Shown here: piece after piece, positions 12,131-25,800 of the stretch
Layout: each line of letters opens with the position of its first letter
Numbering within the stretch: the first letter of the stretch is position 1
Origin: Cyanophora paradoxa CCMP329
Lineage: Eukaryota > Plantae > Glaucophyta
NCBI GenBank assembly: GCA_004431415.1
Contig: QPMI01000549.1
Span: 62,001 to 126,000 of the forward strand
Direction: 5' to 3'
Length of the DNA: 64,000 bases
The notes under the pieces: model-generated
What the model was told of the DNA's origin: nothing
Databases searched by the model: none
What the model saw: the letters and a program-made list of their open reading frames with translations, nothing else
Program-made: the position numbers and the translations under genes

Positions 12131-14333
12131 CTACAGGCCGGCCGGGGCGAGCAGGATGAGGACCTCGGTCGCCTTGTCGCGCCAGCGGCGGAACGTCTCC
12201 GGCCTCAGCCCCGCCCGCACCTCGACCTACCCCGCCGTCGTGATCAGATCTAGATGGGGCGGGGCGGGGCGGGGCGAGGCGGGGCGGGGCCGGGCAGGGC
12301 AAACCTTGCCGTCATCGCCGCAAAAGAGGGAGACGAGGAGGCGGTGGCCGGCGGGGGGCGGCCCAACGCGCGGGTGCGCGGCGGCGGCCGCCAGCAGCGC
12401 CTCCGCCGTGGCGCAGGCCGACACAGCGAGAGCCACGTCCACGGCCGCCGCCGGCGCCCCGAGCCGGTAGAAGCGCCCCGGCAGCGCCGCCGGAGCTTCA
12501 AGGGCCGCCTCGCGATCGAGATCTAGATCTGCGGCGAGGGCTCGCGAACGGGGCAGCGGGGCGGGCGGCGGGAGGGAAGCGGCGCGGAAACGGCCGCAGG
12601 CGCACCGGGGAGGCCTGTATACGTAGCTGGGTCGTCAACGTCGATCGGCGGAGGGTGGGTCGCCCGCACGTCGACGTCGACGTCGCCGCCGGCGCCGTCT
12701 TCGCGCTTGACCAAGCTCGAGATATCGATCGGTGCCCCCGCGCTCGGCCCGCCGTTGAAACGACCGCCGGCGTCGGCGTCGGCGCCGCTGCTGGCGCTGG
12801 CCGCGGAGCTCGAGCCACCGCCGCTGCCGCCGCTGCCGACGCTTTTCGTAATGCTGCCGCTTCCAGCGTCGCGGCTGGAGCCAACGCCGTCACCGCTGCT
12901 GGCCATGGAACCAGCGCCGGCGCCGCTGCTGGAGCCGCCGCCGCCGCTGCTGCTAGCGCTGATGCCGACGCTTGTTTCGCTGCTGCTGCTGCCGGCGCTC
13001 TTTTCGCTGCTGTTGCTGCCCCGGGCACTCGCTTCGCTACGTATACCTGCACCAGCCGGCGCCGCACCGCTGCTGCTGCCGCCGCTGCTTCTAGCGCCCG
13101 CTTCGCTGCTGCTGCTGCCTCTGGCGCTGGAGCTCGCGGCGCTGCTGCTGACTGTGCCGGCCGCGTCCGCGGCCGCCGGCGCCGCGGCGACCGGGAGGAG
13201 GTCGGGGCGGAGGCCGGCGACCATCATCCAGAGGCGCGAGCGGTAGCGGACGGTGAGGGTGCAAAGGCGATCGCTGGGGTTGGCGGTGTATTTCGAGAAT
13301 ATCAAGGGGGTTTTGTTGGCGAGCGATGTGTGTGTGTCGACGGACGCGAGCCCTCCAAGAATCTTCGCCCGTTTCCTCGCCTGCTCCTGCTGTTCCTCAG
13401 CCCGCTTCCCGAGCTCGAGCTGCTTATCATCGGCCCCCTTCTTCGGCTGCTGTTGTCCAGCTGCATTCGGATTCGGGCGAGCTTTCGGCACGGCCTTCAT
13501 GAACCCTACTTGGAAGCTGCCGGGCTTTGCTGAGGATGCCGAGCTTGACGAAGATGCCGAGACAAAATTCGAAGCGCTGCCCATCATCTCCAGCTCTGAA
13601 TCCAGCACTTCAAACACGAAGGGGTTCTCTTTCTCTCCCGATTCACGCAGGTCGCCAAGAATGATGCAGCGCTTTCCTGCGTCAAATATTTTCGTGTGCC
13701 TTCGCAGCGGGCTCTGGGCATTTGCAACTGTGAGGGTGGGCGACAGCGAAAATGAATCGCGACGAGGACGAGTCACGCACGATGAAGACGGTGAATTTAT
13801 TTGTTTCTGAAGCAATGGCCTTCAACGGTCCGAAGTGCTCCTCTACCACGACGGCGAAGCGGCGGCCCGGCTGCGCCTCGATGTAGAAGCCTGCGCGCCG
13901 CTTAAGCACGCAAGCCTTGCAATTGCGCGCCGACAATTGCAAGCGGAAAAAAGCTCATGAGCACCCGGCTCGACGCGCTCGCGAAAGACCTCCTTGCCGC
14001 ACAGCGGCGAGCCAGATGTGATGTAATACATATCCGCAGGAGCGTAGGAGGCCGGTTTCGCGGGTCGGTGTTGACGAAGACTCGCGCGGAGAACTGGCTC
14101 GACGCAGGCCGGGGCGGATTAATGGTCAAAGCTGCCGCCGCCCCATCGGCCTCGAGCAGCGCCGGGTCGAAGATGCAGTGCCCGCGCTGCCCCGCGGCTG
14201 CCGCATCACGGCACTGCCTGCACGGCCAGGGCGCTTGTGAGATGCGATCGTTCCAGGCCTAGGGTGAGCGCTCAAGCTTCGCTCACTTCGTGATTGCGTC
14301 GTAGATTTCATCGGCCGAAATCGAAGGCTGCAT
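12131..14333 (-). CDS. Uncharacterised tandem family member B (DUF7918-like, Ser/Gly-rich linker, conserved C-terminal domain)
   Basis: MQPSISADEIYDAITK/QCRDAAAAGQRGHC... then the YIEAQPGRRFAV and LCTLTVRYRSRLWMMVAGL motifs. The C-terminus is DVAL...HPRVGPPPAGHRLLVSLFCG...ETFRRWRDKATEVLILLAPAGL*. A 1-bp G-run deletion near 14062 is absent from copy B'. Confidence 0.7.
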
Positions 14334-15060
14334 TAATTCTGCAGCTGCAAACATGCGGCTGCGGGCGGATGCGAAAAATGGCCGTCAGCACGCGAAATTC
14401 GAAATCGCCCGCAAAACTTCTTCAATTTGAGATGGAGACTCGATCGGCGACCGTGAACGCGCGCGGACCTCACGCGGCAATTGCAACGTGATCGATGCCG
14501 CCGGCCGGAACCTAGGACCGCTGATCGTGAGCTAGGGGGATTCCAAAATCTTGAAGGGAGATATCGAGATTAATATTCGCTCAATTTTACGGGGACCTTA
14601 ATTTTTTTAAATTGCGAGATGATTTGAATCGATTTTAGAATTCAATGATTTATAATTAGCTATAGATATAATATATACAAGGGGCACAGAGAGGAGCCCG
14701 AGGTGAGAGGAGACACCGACGAGAGTAACAAGGAACTTAATTCGGGTTGCAGGTGCCCAGCTGCCAGGCCTGGAGCGCTTAAGCTATGCAAAGCTAGCAA
14801 TGACGCCGCCAGACTACTGCAGCTGTATACGTAATGTGGCCAATTGCAAATCTAGAGTGCCTGGCCATGGCCACGGGCTCTGATCCGATTACATCGATTG
14901 TGAAGCTTGCAATTGGGATAAGCTTTATATATGCATTAAGGATCATCATCGGATGACGAATTGAAGGACTCCGGATCCGGGCTGACGCGGTAATGATATC
15001 GATATATATAAATAAAATTGAGGAGTGGCGTAAAGGGAATTCGAAGCGGGGTATCGGCTT

Positions 15061-15781
15061 CTACAGGCCGGCCGGGGCGAGCAGGATGAGGACCTCGGTC
15101 GCCCTGTCGCGCCAGCGGCGGAACGTCTCCAGCCCCAGCCCCGCCCGCACCTCCACCTGCCCCGCCGCCGCGTCAGCTGGGGCCGGGGCCGGGGCGGGGC
15201 GGAGCACAGCGGGGCGGGCCTTGCCGTCCTCGCCGCAGATCTAGAGGAGGGAGACGAGGAGGCGGTGGCCGGCGGGGGGCGGCCCGACGCGCGGGTGCGC
15301 GGCGGCGGCGGCCAGCAGCGCCTCCGCCGAGGCGCAGGCCGCCGCGTCGAGCGCCACGTCCACAGCCGGCGCCCCGGGCCGGAGGAAGCGCCCGGGGAGC
15401 CCCGCCGCCGCCCCGGCTGCCGCCCCGAGGTCGTCCTCCTCCGCCGTGAGGTCTGCGGCGGTGACTCAGGCCAGGCCAAAGCTCCGCAGTTCGGGAAAGA
15501 TTTAGATGAAGCGGAGCGGGCGGGAGGACAGAGGCGCGCGCACCGATGGGATCGGGGAGGGCGTCGAGGTCGATGGGCGGCGGGGGCACCACCAGCACGT
15601 CGTCCTCTTCGAAGCAGAACGATTTGGAGGCCGCCGCCCCCGCGCCCCGCGCACGCTCGTGGCTGGAGCCGACCCCGCTGCAAGAGCCGCCGCGATCGCG
15701 ACCGCTGCTGCTGGAGCTTGAGCCACAGCCGCCGCCGCGGCTGGGGCCGCTTGCGCTGGCGCCTCTGCCGCTGGGGCTCGC

Positions 15782-15816
<35 letters not shown>

Positions 15817-17081
15817 TCGCACTGCCGATCGGGCTCGCGATCGCGATCGGTGCGCTGCTGCTGCTTGCGCTCGCGGGGCCTCTGGATCCTCCGCCGCGGC
15901 GACGCCCGGGACGAGGTCGGGCGGAGGCCGGCCACCATCATCCAGAGGCGCGAGCGGTAGCGGACGGTGAGGGTGCAGAGGCGGCCGCCGGCCTTGAACT
16001 GCGATGTCGCAGGCCCCTTCGAGGTCAAGGAGGCGAGCGACTCCTCGGATCGACCGCCGCGACCCCGCCGAGGCTCTTTGCCCGCTTCCGCAGGAGCTCG
16101 CGATCGGCCCCGGCTGCAGCCGCCTGCTCCTGCTGCTCCTTCGCCCGCCGCTTCCGTCCGCGCTGCTGATGCTGGCCACGTTTCCACTCGGCCTTGCTGA
16201 AGATGACGTCGAAGCTGCCGGCCGCTGCAGCTGCAGCCGCAGGCGCCGAGGCCGAGGCAGAACTCGCCGCGAGATCGGCGTCTAGCGAGCGGAAGACGAA
16301 AGGGTTATAGCCCTCGCCGGAATCGTCCAGCTCGCCAAGAATGATGGTGCGCTGCCCTGCCTTGATCGTTCGCCCGAGCCGCCGCAGCGGTTGCTGGGCG
16401 AATTTGATTCGATCAGCGGGAGAAGACAAAGCAAGGGATCGGAAGACGAATATATTGATGCTGAACGCACAATTTTCACGGAATACGCGTTCGCATTATT
16501 CTTTCTCCGATCTTCGCGCTCCGCTTCCGATTCGAAGTCGAAGACATTCGCATCGGATGAACCCTTATAATCATGATCAGACCCCTCCTGCGGCCCGAAG
16601 TGCTCCTCCGCCACGACGGCGAAGCGACGGCCCGGCTGCGCCTCGATGTAGAAGCCTGCGCGCTGCATGAGAACGCGAGCGCCACTCGCTGCCAGGCGCG
16701 AACGGGCTCACCCGGCTCGACGCGCTCGCGGAAGACCTCCTTGTCGCACAGCGGCGAGCCGGGAGGGACGTAGAACACGTCCGCGGGAGCGTAGGAGACC
16801 GGTTTCGCGGGGTCGGTGTTAACGAAGACTCGCGCGGAGAACTGGCTCGACGCAGGCCGCGGCGGGTTGATGGCGAAGATTGCGGCCGCTCCATCGGCGG
16901 CGAGCAGCGCCGGGTCGAACATGCAGTGCCCGCGCTGCCCCACGGCCGCCGCATCGCGGCACTGACTGCACGAGGCGTGTGGGTGAAATACGATTTTTCC
17001 ATGGAGAGCTTAAGCGCCGCAGCGCGTCGCTCACTTAGCGATTTCGTCGTAGATTTCATCGAGTGAAATCAAAGGCGGCAT
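15061..17081 (-). pseudogene. Family member C: chimera of A-type 5' exons and a C'-type 3' part, with a premature TAG
   Basis: The 5' exons are identical to copy A and the 3' part is near-identical to 20773-22300. A 6-nt insertion (aga-tct-aga, 15237-15245) places an in-frame TAG in VSLL*ICGEDGK. Confidence 0.7.
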
Positions 17082-17851
17082 TTCGCATGAATCTGCGGGC
17101 GGGCGCGAAAACTGACGAGCCCCGACTTGGTTCGCCGGCGAGCCCCGTAGGCCTTTTAAATCGGTCGCAGACCTTCCGAAATGCGTCGGGCACGCGGGCG
17201 CGTGCTTGCAATTGGGCTTCGGGAGCTACGAGTTCGAGATAATTTCTTCTGCAGGGTACAGCGCGAAAAAGGGGGACGAATGGAGGGGGGAGGAGGGGGG
17301 GGAAGGGGGGCGCTCCGGCCTGCAGCGAAAGCTCAGGCCTGGGCCTCGCGGAGCGGCTGCAGGCAGCGCATGCGCGCGAAGCCCCGCCTCGGCATCGGCC
17401 CCGGGCGCGCAGACGCGCCTCTCGGGCGGATGCTATGCTGGAGGCGGAGGAGCGGCAGCGCGCCGCGCAGCCCGAGGGCAGGCCCGAGGGCTCCTCTTCG
17501 CGCCCCCGGCCCCCTCCCCAGGTAGCCCCGCCCCGGCCCCGGCCCGGCCCCGGCCCGTGCATCCGGGAATGCATTGAGAGCTTGAGGCGACATCGATACG
17601 CCGGAAAACGGTTTAATTTGACGTGGTTTAATTTGAAGGTTCTAGGTTCAGCCGAGCGGATCCGGAAGCTTAAGTCGAGGGGCGGGAGAGGAGAGAGGGC
17701 GGAGCTCGAGGGCCTCGTCTGTCTGCAGCTGGCCATGCACGTGGGCCGCTACGAGCTCGAGCTCGAGCTCGAGGGAGAAAGCAGCGAAAGGACGAGGGAG
17801 AAAGCAGCGGAAGGAAGGACGCAGGCGGAAAGGAACGAGAGGGCTCGGCTT

Positions 17852-20048
17852 CTACAGGCCGGCCGGGGCGAGCAGGATGAGGACCTCGGTCGCCTTGTCG
17901 CGCCAGCGGCGGAACGTCTCCGGCCTCAGCCCCGCCGCACCTCGACCTACCCCGCCGTCGTGATCAGATCTAGATGGGGCGGGCGGGGCGGGCGAGGCGG
18001 GGCGGGCCGGCAGGGCAAACCTTGCCGTCATCGCCGCAAAAGAGGGAGACGAGGAGGCGGTGGCCGGCGGGGGCGGCCCAACGCGCGGGTGCGCGGCGGC
18101 GGCCGCCAGCAGCGCCTCCGCCGTGGCGCAGGCCGACACAGCGAGAGCCACGTCCACGGCCGCCGCCGGCGCCCCGAGCCGGTAGAAGCGCCCCGGCAGC
18201 GCCGCCGGAGCTTCAAGGGCCGCCTCGCGATCGAGATCTAGATCTGCGGCGAGGGCTCGCGAACGGGGCAGCGGGGCGGGCGGCGGGAGGGAAGCGGCGC
18301 GGAAACGGCCGCAGGCGCACCGGGGAGGCCTGTATACGTAGCTGGGTCGTCAACGTCGATCGGCGGAGGGTGGGTCGCCCGCACGTCGACGTCGACGTCG
18401 CCGCCGGCGCCGTCTTCGCGCTTGACCAAGCTCGAGATATCGATCGGTGCCCCCGCGCTCGGCCCGCCGTTGAAACGACCGCCGGCGTCGGCGTCGGCGC
18501 CGCTGCTGGCGCTGGCCGCGGAGCTCGAGCCACCGCCGCTGCCGCCGCTGCCGACGCTTTCGTAATGCTGCCGCTTCCAGCGTCGCGGCTGGAGCCAACG
18601 CCGTCACCGCTGCTGGCCATGGAACCAGCGCCGGCGCCGCTGCTGGAGCCGCCGCCGCCGCTGCTGCTAGCGCTGATGCCGACGCTTGTTTCGCTGCTGC
18701 TGCTGCCGGCGCTCTTTTCGCTGCTGTTGCTGCCCCGGGCACTCGCTTCGCTACGTATACCTGCACCAGCCGGCGCCGCACCGCTGCTGCTGCCGCCGCT
18801 GCTTCTAGCGCCCGCTTCGCTGCTGCTGCTGCCTCTGGCGCTGGAGCTCGCGGCGCTGCTGCTGACTGTGCCGGCCGCGTCCGCGGCCGCCGGCGCCGCG
18901 GCGACCGGGAGGAGGTCGGGCGGAGGCCGGCGACCATCATCCAGAGGCGCGAGCGGTAGCGGACGGTGAGGGTGCAAAGGCGATCGCTGGGGTTGGCGGT
19001 GTATTTCGAGAATATCAAGGGGGTTTTGTTGGCGAGCGATGTGTGTGTGTCGACGGACGCGAGCCCTCCAAGAATCTTCGCCCGTTTCCTCGCCTGCTCC
19101 TGCTGTTCCTCAGCCCGCTTCCCGAGCTCGAGCTGCTTATCATCGGCCCCCTTCTTCGGCTGCTGTTGTCCAGCTGCATTCGGATTCGGGCGAGCTTTCG
19201 GCACGGCCTTCATGAACCCTACTTGGAAGCTGCCGGGCTTTGCTGAGGATGCCGAGCTTGACGAAGATGCCGAGACAAAATTCGAAGCGCTGCCCATCAT
19301 CTCCAGCTCTGAATCCAGCACTTCAAACACGAAGGGGTTCTCTTTCTCTCCCGATTCACGCAGGTCGCCAAGAATGATGCAGCGCTTTCCTGCGTCAAAT
19401 ATTTTCGTGTGCCTTCGCAGCGGGCTCTGGGCATTTGCAACTGTGAGGGTGGGCGACAGCGAAAATGAATCGCGACGAGGACGAGTCACGCACGATGAAG
19501 ACGGTGAATTTATTTGTTTCTGAAGCAATGGCCTTCAACGGTCCGAAGTGCTCCTCTACCACGACGGCGAAGCGGCGGCCCGGCTGCGCCTCGATGTAGA
19601 AGCCTGCGCGCCGCTTAAGCACGCAAGCCTTGCAATTGCGCGCCGACAATTGCAAGCGGAAAAAAGCTCATGAGCACCCGGCTCGACGCGCTCGCGAAAG
19701 ACCTCCTTGCCGCACAGCGGCGAGCCAGATGTGATGTAATACATATCCGCAGGAGCGTAGGAGGCCGGTTTCGCGGGGTCGGTGTTGACGAAGACTCGCG
19801 CGGAGAACTGGCTCGACGCAGGCCGGGGCGGATTAATGGTCAAAGCTGCCGCCGCCCCATCGGCCTCGAGCAGCGCCGGGTCGAAGATGCAGTGCCCGCG
19901 CTGCCCCGCGGCTGCCGCATCACGGCACTGCCTGCACGGGCCAGGGCGCTTGTGAGATGCGATCGTTCCAGGCCTAGGGTGAGCGCTCAAGCTTCGCTCA
20001 CTTCGTGATTGCGTCGTAGATTTCATCGGCCGAAATCGAAGGCTGCAT
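17852..20048 (-). CDS. Family member B' (recent duplicate of B)
   Basis: Near-identical to 12131-14333. Its frameshifts fall in homopolymers and may be sequencing errors. Confidence 0.65.
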
Positions 20049-20772
20049 TAATTCTGCAGCTGCAAACATGCGGCTGCGGGCGGATGCGAAAAATGGCCGT
20101 CAGCACGCGAAATTCGAAATCGCCCGCAAAACTTCTTCAATTTGAGATGGAGACTCGATCGGCGACCGTGAACGCGCGCGGACCTCACGCGGCAATTGCA
20201 ACGTGATCGATGCCGCCGGCCGGAACCTAGGACCGCTGATCGTGAGCTAGGGGATTCCAAAATCTTGAAGGGAGATATCGAGATTAATATTCGCTCAATT
20301 TTACGGGACCTTAATTTTTTTAAATTGCGAGATGATTTGAATCGATTTTAGAATTCAATGATTTATAATTAGCTATAGATATAATATATACAAGGGGCAC
20401 AGAGAGGAGCCCGAGGTGAGAGGAGACACCGACGAGAGTAACAAGGAACTTAATTCGGGTTGCAGGTGCCCAGCTGCCAGGCCTGGAGCGCTTAAGCTAT
20501 GCAAAGCTAGCAATGACGCCGCCAGACTACTGCAGCTGTATACGTAATGTGGCCAATTGCAAATCTAGAGTGCCTGGCCATGGCCACGGCTCTGATCCGA
20601 TTACATCGATTGTGAAGCTTGCAATTGGGATAAGCTTTATATATGCATTAAGGATCATCATCGGATGACGAATTGAAGGACTCCGGATCCGGGCTGACGC
20701 GGTAATGATATCGATATATATAAATAAAATTGAGGAGTGGCGTAAAGGGAATTCGAAGCGGGGTATCGGCTT

Positions 20773-22801
20773 CTACAGGCCGGCCGGGGCGAGCAGGATG
20801 AGGACCTCGGTCGCCCTGTCGCGCCAGCGGCGGAACGTCTCCAGCCCCAGCCCCGCCCGCACCTCCACCTGCCCCGCCGCCGCGTCAGCTGGGGCCGGGC
20901 CGGGCGGGGCGGAGCACAGCGGGGCGGGCCTTGCCGTCCTCGCCGCAGATCTAGAGGAGGGAGACGAGGAGGCGGTGGCCGGCGGGGGGCGGCCCGACGC
21001 GCGGGTGCGCGGCGGCGGCGGCCAGCAGCGCCTCCGCCGAGGCGCAGGCCGCCGCGTCGAGCGCCACGTCCACAGCCGGCGCCCCGGGCCGGAGGAAGCG
21101 CCCGGGGAGCCCCGCCGCCGCCCCGGCTGCCGCCCCGAGGTCGTCCTCCTCCGCCGTGAGGTCTGCGGCGGTGACTCAGGCCAGGCCAAAGCTCCGCAGT
21201 TCGGGAAAGATTTAGATGAAGCGGAGCGGCGGGAGGACAGAGGCGCGCGCACCGATGGGATCGGGGAGGGCGTCGAGGTCGATGGGCGGCGGGGGCACCA
21301 CCAGCACGTCGTCCTCTTCGAAGCAGAACGATTTGGAGGCCGCCGCCCCCGCGCCCCGCGCACGCTCGTGGCTGGAGCCGACCCCGCTGCAAGAGCCGCC
21401 GCGATCGCGACCGCTGCTGCTGGAGCTTGAGCCACAGCCGCCGCCGCGGCTGGGGCCGCTTGCGCTGGCGCCTCTGCCGCTGGGGCTCGCTCCGCTGCTG
21501 CTGCTGCTGCTGCTGCTGCTTTTCGCACTGCCGATCGGGCTCGCGATCGCGATCGGTGCGCTGCTGCTGCTTGCGCTCGCGGGGGCCTCTGGATCCTCCG
21601 CCGCGGCGACGCCCGGGACGAGGTCGGGGCGGAGGCCGGCCACCATCATCCAGAGGCGCGAGCGGTAGCGGACGGTGAGGGTGCAGAGGCGGCCGCCGGC
21701 CTTGAACTGCGATGTCGCAGGCCCCTTCGAGGTCAAGGAGGCGAGCGACTCCTCGGGATCGACCGCCGCGACCCCGCCGAGGCTCTTTGCCCGCTTCCGC
21801 AGGAGCTCGCGATCGGCCCCGGCTGCAGCCGCCTGCTCCTGCTGCTCCTTCGCCCGCCGCTTCCGTCCGCGCTGCTGATGCTGGCCACGTTTCCACTCGG
21901 CCTTGCTGAAGATGACGTCGAAGCTGCCGGCCGCTGCAGCTGCAGCCGCAGGCGCCGAGGCCGAGGCAGAACTCGCCGCGAGATCGGCGTCTAGCGAGCG
22001 GAAGACGAAAGGGTTATAGCCCTCGCCGGAATCGTCCAGCTCGCCAAGAATGATGGTGCGCTGCCCTGCCTTGATCGTTCGCCCGAGCCGCCGCAGCGGT
22101 TGCTGGGCGAATTTGATTCGATCAGCGGGAGAAGACAAAGCAAGGGATCGGAAGACGAATATATTGATGCTGAACGCACAATTTTCACGGAATACGCGTT
22201 CGCATTATTCTTTCTCCGATCTTCGCGCTCCGCTTCCGATTCGAAGTCGAAGACATTCGCATCGGATGAACCCTTATAATCATGATCAGACCCCTCCTGC
22301 GGCCCGAAGTGCTCCTCCGCCACGACGGCGAAGCGACGGCCCGGCTGCGCCTCGATGTAGAAGCCTGCGCGCTGCATGAGAACGCGAGCCTCGCGCGCTG
22401 CCAGGCGCGAGCGGGCTCACCCGGCTCGACCCGCTCGCGGAAGACCTCCTTGCCGCACAGCGGCGAGCCGGAAGGGACGCAGAACACGTCCACGGGGGCG
22501 TAGGAGACCGGTTTCGCGGGGTCGGTGTTAACGAAGACTCGCGCGGAGAACTGGCTCGACGCAGGCCGGGGCGGGTTGATGGCGAAGGTTGCGGCCGCCT
22601 CATCGGCCTCGAGCAGCGCCGGGTCGAAGATGCAGTGCCCGCGCTGCCCCGCGACCGCCGCATTGCGGCACTGCCTGCACGCGCGCGCGCGGCGCCCATT
22701 GAGCACGCGGTGATTGAACAATTCAGGGCGAGCGCGAGCTTTGCGAGCCTTTTAATGTCCGCCGCAGCGTTTTCGGAATCGGGTGCACGTTGCGCCTGCA
22801 T
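20773..22801 (-). pseudogene. Family member C' with a premature TAG near the C-terminus
   Basis: MQAQRAPDSENAAADIKR/QCRNAAVAGQRGHC... (first intron has a GC donor). It has the same aga-tct-aga insertion, with TAG at 20951-20953. Confidence 0.65.
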
Positions 22802-25800
22802 TATTATTGAGGTTCTGCACGAGCTGCGAAAAATGTCAGCCCGCGAAAAACCGCGAAACGCCGGCTCGTCGGCGTAGCGCAATATAGCTGGCTCTAGATT
22901 TGCTGGCCTTGAATTGAAGCTTGCTAGCGCTATAGCTAGCTGACAGGCGCGGCAGGCGGCTCTCAGTGAGTGAGCGACAGCGCGCGCGGGGGATCCGGAG
23001 AGCTAGCTAGAGAGGAGAGCGAAGAGGAATTCAGCTTGCGAAATTTGCCGACGCATTAATTCGATCGAAGCTAGCTAGAGAGGGTGCTCCGGCTAGTCGG
23101 CGGCGGTGTGCTCCGGGAGGGGGTGCTAGATCCGATGATCTGGACACTGTGACAGATCTAGAGAGCTTTATATAATTAGAGGGGAGATTGACTCTGAGCC
23201 TCGCGATCGAAGATCTGCCTAGAGCCTTCGCGAGCTAGCTCTAGAGCGAATCGCGAGAAGAGGGCGCGACGTCGGCCCAGGCTGTGCATGAAATGAATTT
23301 ACTTTGCACGTAGCTGCACATATTGGGTGGCCGGGGTCGGCGGAGACAGACAAGTGAAGAAGGGCGACAGCTAAAGGGGACATAGTCCCTGGAGCTCGGG
23401 ACAAGCGTGGCAGCTGAAAGAGAAAAGTTGCGAGGCGGAAAGAGGAGTACTAGCGGGGATCACGAATCGAAGGAGCGGACTCCGGGCTGACTCGGTGAAA
23501 TTGAGGGGCGGAAAGGGAATTCGAGCGGGGCCTTGGCTTCTACAGGCCGGCCGGGGCGAGGAGGATGAGGACCTCGGTCGCCTTGTCGCGCCAGCGGCGG
23601 AACGTCTCCGGCCCCAGCCCCGCCCGCACCTCCACCTGCCCCGACCTCGTGTCAGCTGGGGCCGGGGCGGGGCGGAGCACAGCGGGGCGAGCCTTGCCGT
23701 CCTCGCCGCAGAGGAGGGAGACGAGGAGGCGGTGGCCGGCGGGGGGCGGCCCGACGCGCGGGTGCGCGGCGGCGGCGGCCAGCAGCGCCTCCGCCGAGGC
23801 GCAGGCCGCCGCGTCGAGCGCCACGTCCACGGCCGGCGCCCCGGGCCGGTGGAAGCGCCCGGGGAGCCCCGCCGCCGCCCCGGCTGCCGCCCCGAGGTCG
23901 TCCTCCTCCGCCGTGAGGTCTGCGGCGGTGACTCAGGCCAGGCCAAAGCTCCGCAGTTCGGGAAAGATTTAGATGAAGCGGAGCGGGCGGGAGGACAGAG
24001 GCGCGCGCACCGATGGGGTCGGGGAGGGCGTCGAGGTCGATGGGCGGCGGGGGCACCACCAGCACGTCGTCCTCTTCGAAGCAGAACGATTTGGAGGCCG
24101 CCGCCCCCGCGCCCCGCGCACGCTCGTGGCTGGAGCCGACCCCGCTGCAAGAGCCGCCGCGATCGCGACCGCTGCTGCTGGAGCTTGAGCCACAGCCGCC
24201 GCCGCGGCTGGGGCCGCTTGCGCTGGCGCCTCTGCCGCTGGGGCTCGCTCCGCTGCTGCTGCTGCTGCTGCTGCTGCTTTTCGCACTGCCGATCGGGCTC
24301 GCGATCGCGATCGGTGCGCTGCTGCTGCTTGCGCTCGCGGGGGCCTCTGGATCCTCCGCCGCGGCGGCGCCCGGGACGAGGTCGGGGCGGAGGCCGGCCA
24401 CCATCATCCAGAGGCGCGAGCGGTAGCGGACGGTGAGGGTGCAGAGGCGGCCGCCGGCCTTGAACTGCGATGTCGCAGGCCCCTTCGAGGTCAAGGAGGC
24501 GAGCGACTCCTCGGGATCGACCGCCGCGACCCCGCCGAGGCTCTTTGCCCGCTTCCGCAGGAGCTCGCGATCGGCCCGGCTGCAGCCGCCTGCTCCTGCT
24601 GCTCCTTCGCCCGCCGCTTCCGTCCGCGCTGCTGATGCTGGCCACGTTTCCACTCGGCCTTGCTGAAGATGACGTCGAAGCTGCCGGCCGCTGCAGCTGC
24701 AGCCGCAGGCGCCGAGGCCGAGGCAGAACTCGCCGCGAGATCGGCGTCTAGCGAGCGGAAGACGAAAGGGTTATAGCCCTCGCCGGAATCGTCCAGCTCG
24801 CCAAGAATGATGGTGCGCTGCCCTGCCTTGATCGTTCGCCCGAGCCGCCGCAGCGGTTGCTGGGCGAATTTGATTCGATCAGCGGGAGAAGACAAAGCAA
24901 GGGATCGGAAGACGAATATATTGATGCTGAACGCACAATTTTCACGGAATACGCGTTCGCATTATTCTTTCTCCGATCTTCGCGCTCCGCTTCCGATTCG
25001 AAGTCGAAGACATTCGCATCGGATGAACCCTTATAATCATGATCAGACCCCTCCTGCGGCCCGAAGTGCTCCTCCGCCACGACGGCGAAGCGACGGCCCG
25101 GCTGCGCCTCGATGTAGAAGCCTGCGCGCTGCATGAGAACGCGAGCCTCGCGCGCTGCCAGGCGCGAGCGGGCTCACCCGGCTCGACCCGCTCGCGGAAG
25201 ACCTCCTTGCCGCACAGCGGCGAGCCGGAAGGGACGCAGAACACGTCCACGGGGGCGTAGGAGACCGGTTTCGCGGGGTCGGTGTTAACGAAGACTCGCG
25301 CGGAGAACTGGCTCGACGCAGGCCGGGGCGGGTTGATGGCGAAGGTTGCGGCCGCCTCATCGGCCTCGAGCAGCGCCGGGTCGAAGATGCAGTGCCCGCG
25401 CTGCCCCGCGACCGCCGCATTGCGGCACTGCCTGCACGCGCGCGCGCGGCGCCCATTGAGCACGCGGTGATTGAACAATTCAGGGCGAGCGCGAGCTTTG
25501 CGAGCCTTTTAATGTCCGCCGCAGCGTTTTCGGAATCGGGTGCACGTTGCGCCTGCATTATTATTGAGGTTCTGCACGAGCTGCGAAAAATGTCAGCCCG
25601 CGAAAAACCGCGAAACGCCGGCTCGTCGGCGTAGCGCAATATAGCTGGCTCTAGATTTGCTGGCCTTGAATTGAAGCTTGCTAGCGCTATAGCTAGCTGA
25701 CAGGCGCGGCAGGCGGCTCTCAGTGAGTGAGCGACAGCGCGCGCGGGGGATCCGGAGAGCTAGCTAGAGAGGAGAGCGAAGAGGAATTCAGCTTGCGAAA

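Larger units (their letters stand above)
10861..22389. repeat. Tandem segmental duplication, unit ~5.71-5.73 kb (10861-16680 matches 16590-22389)
   Basis: Identical ORFs recur at offsets of 5709-5729 (11327/17056, 13815/19528, 16668/22377). The differences are mostly single-base homopolymer indels. Confidence 0.95.

Noticed and set aside
14050-24600. Single-base frameshifts distinguishing B/B' and C/C'/C'' as real pseudogenising mutations
   Set aside because: Almost all lie in G/C homopolymers, which is typical of long-read consensus error. They cannot be trusted without raw reads.
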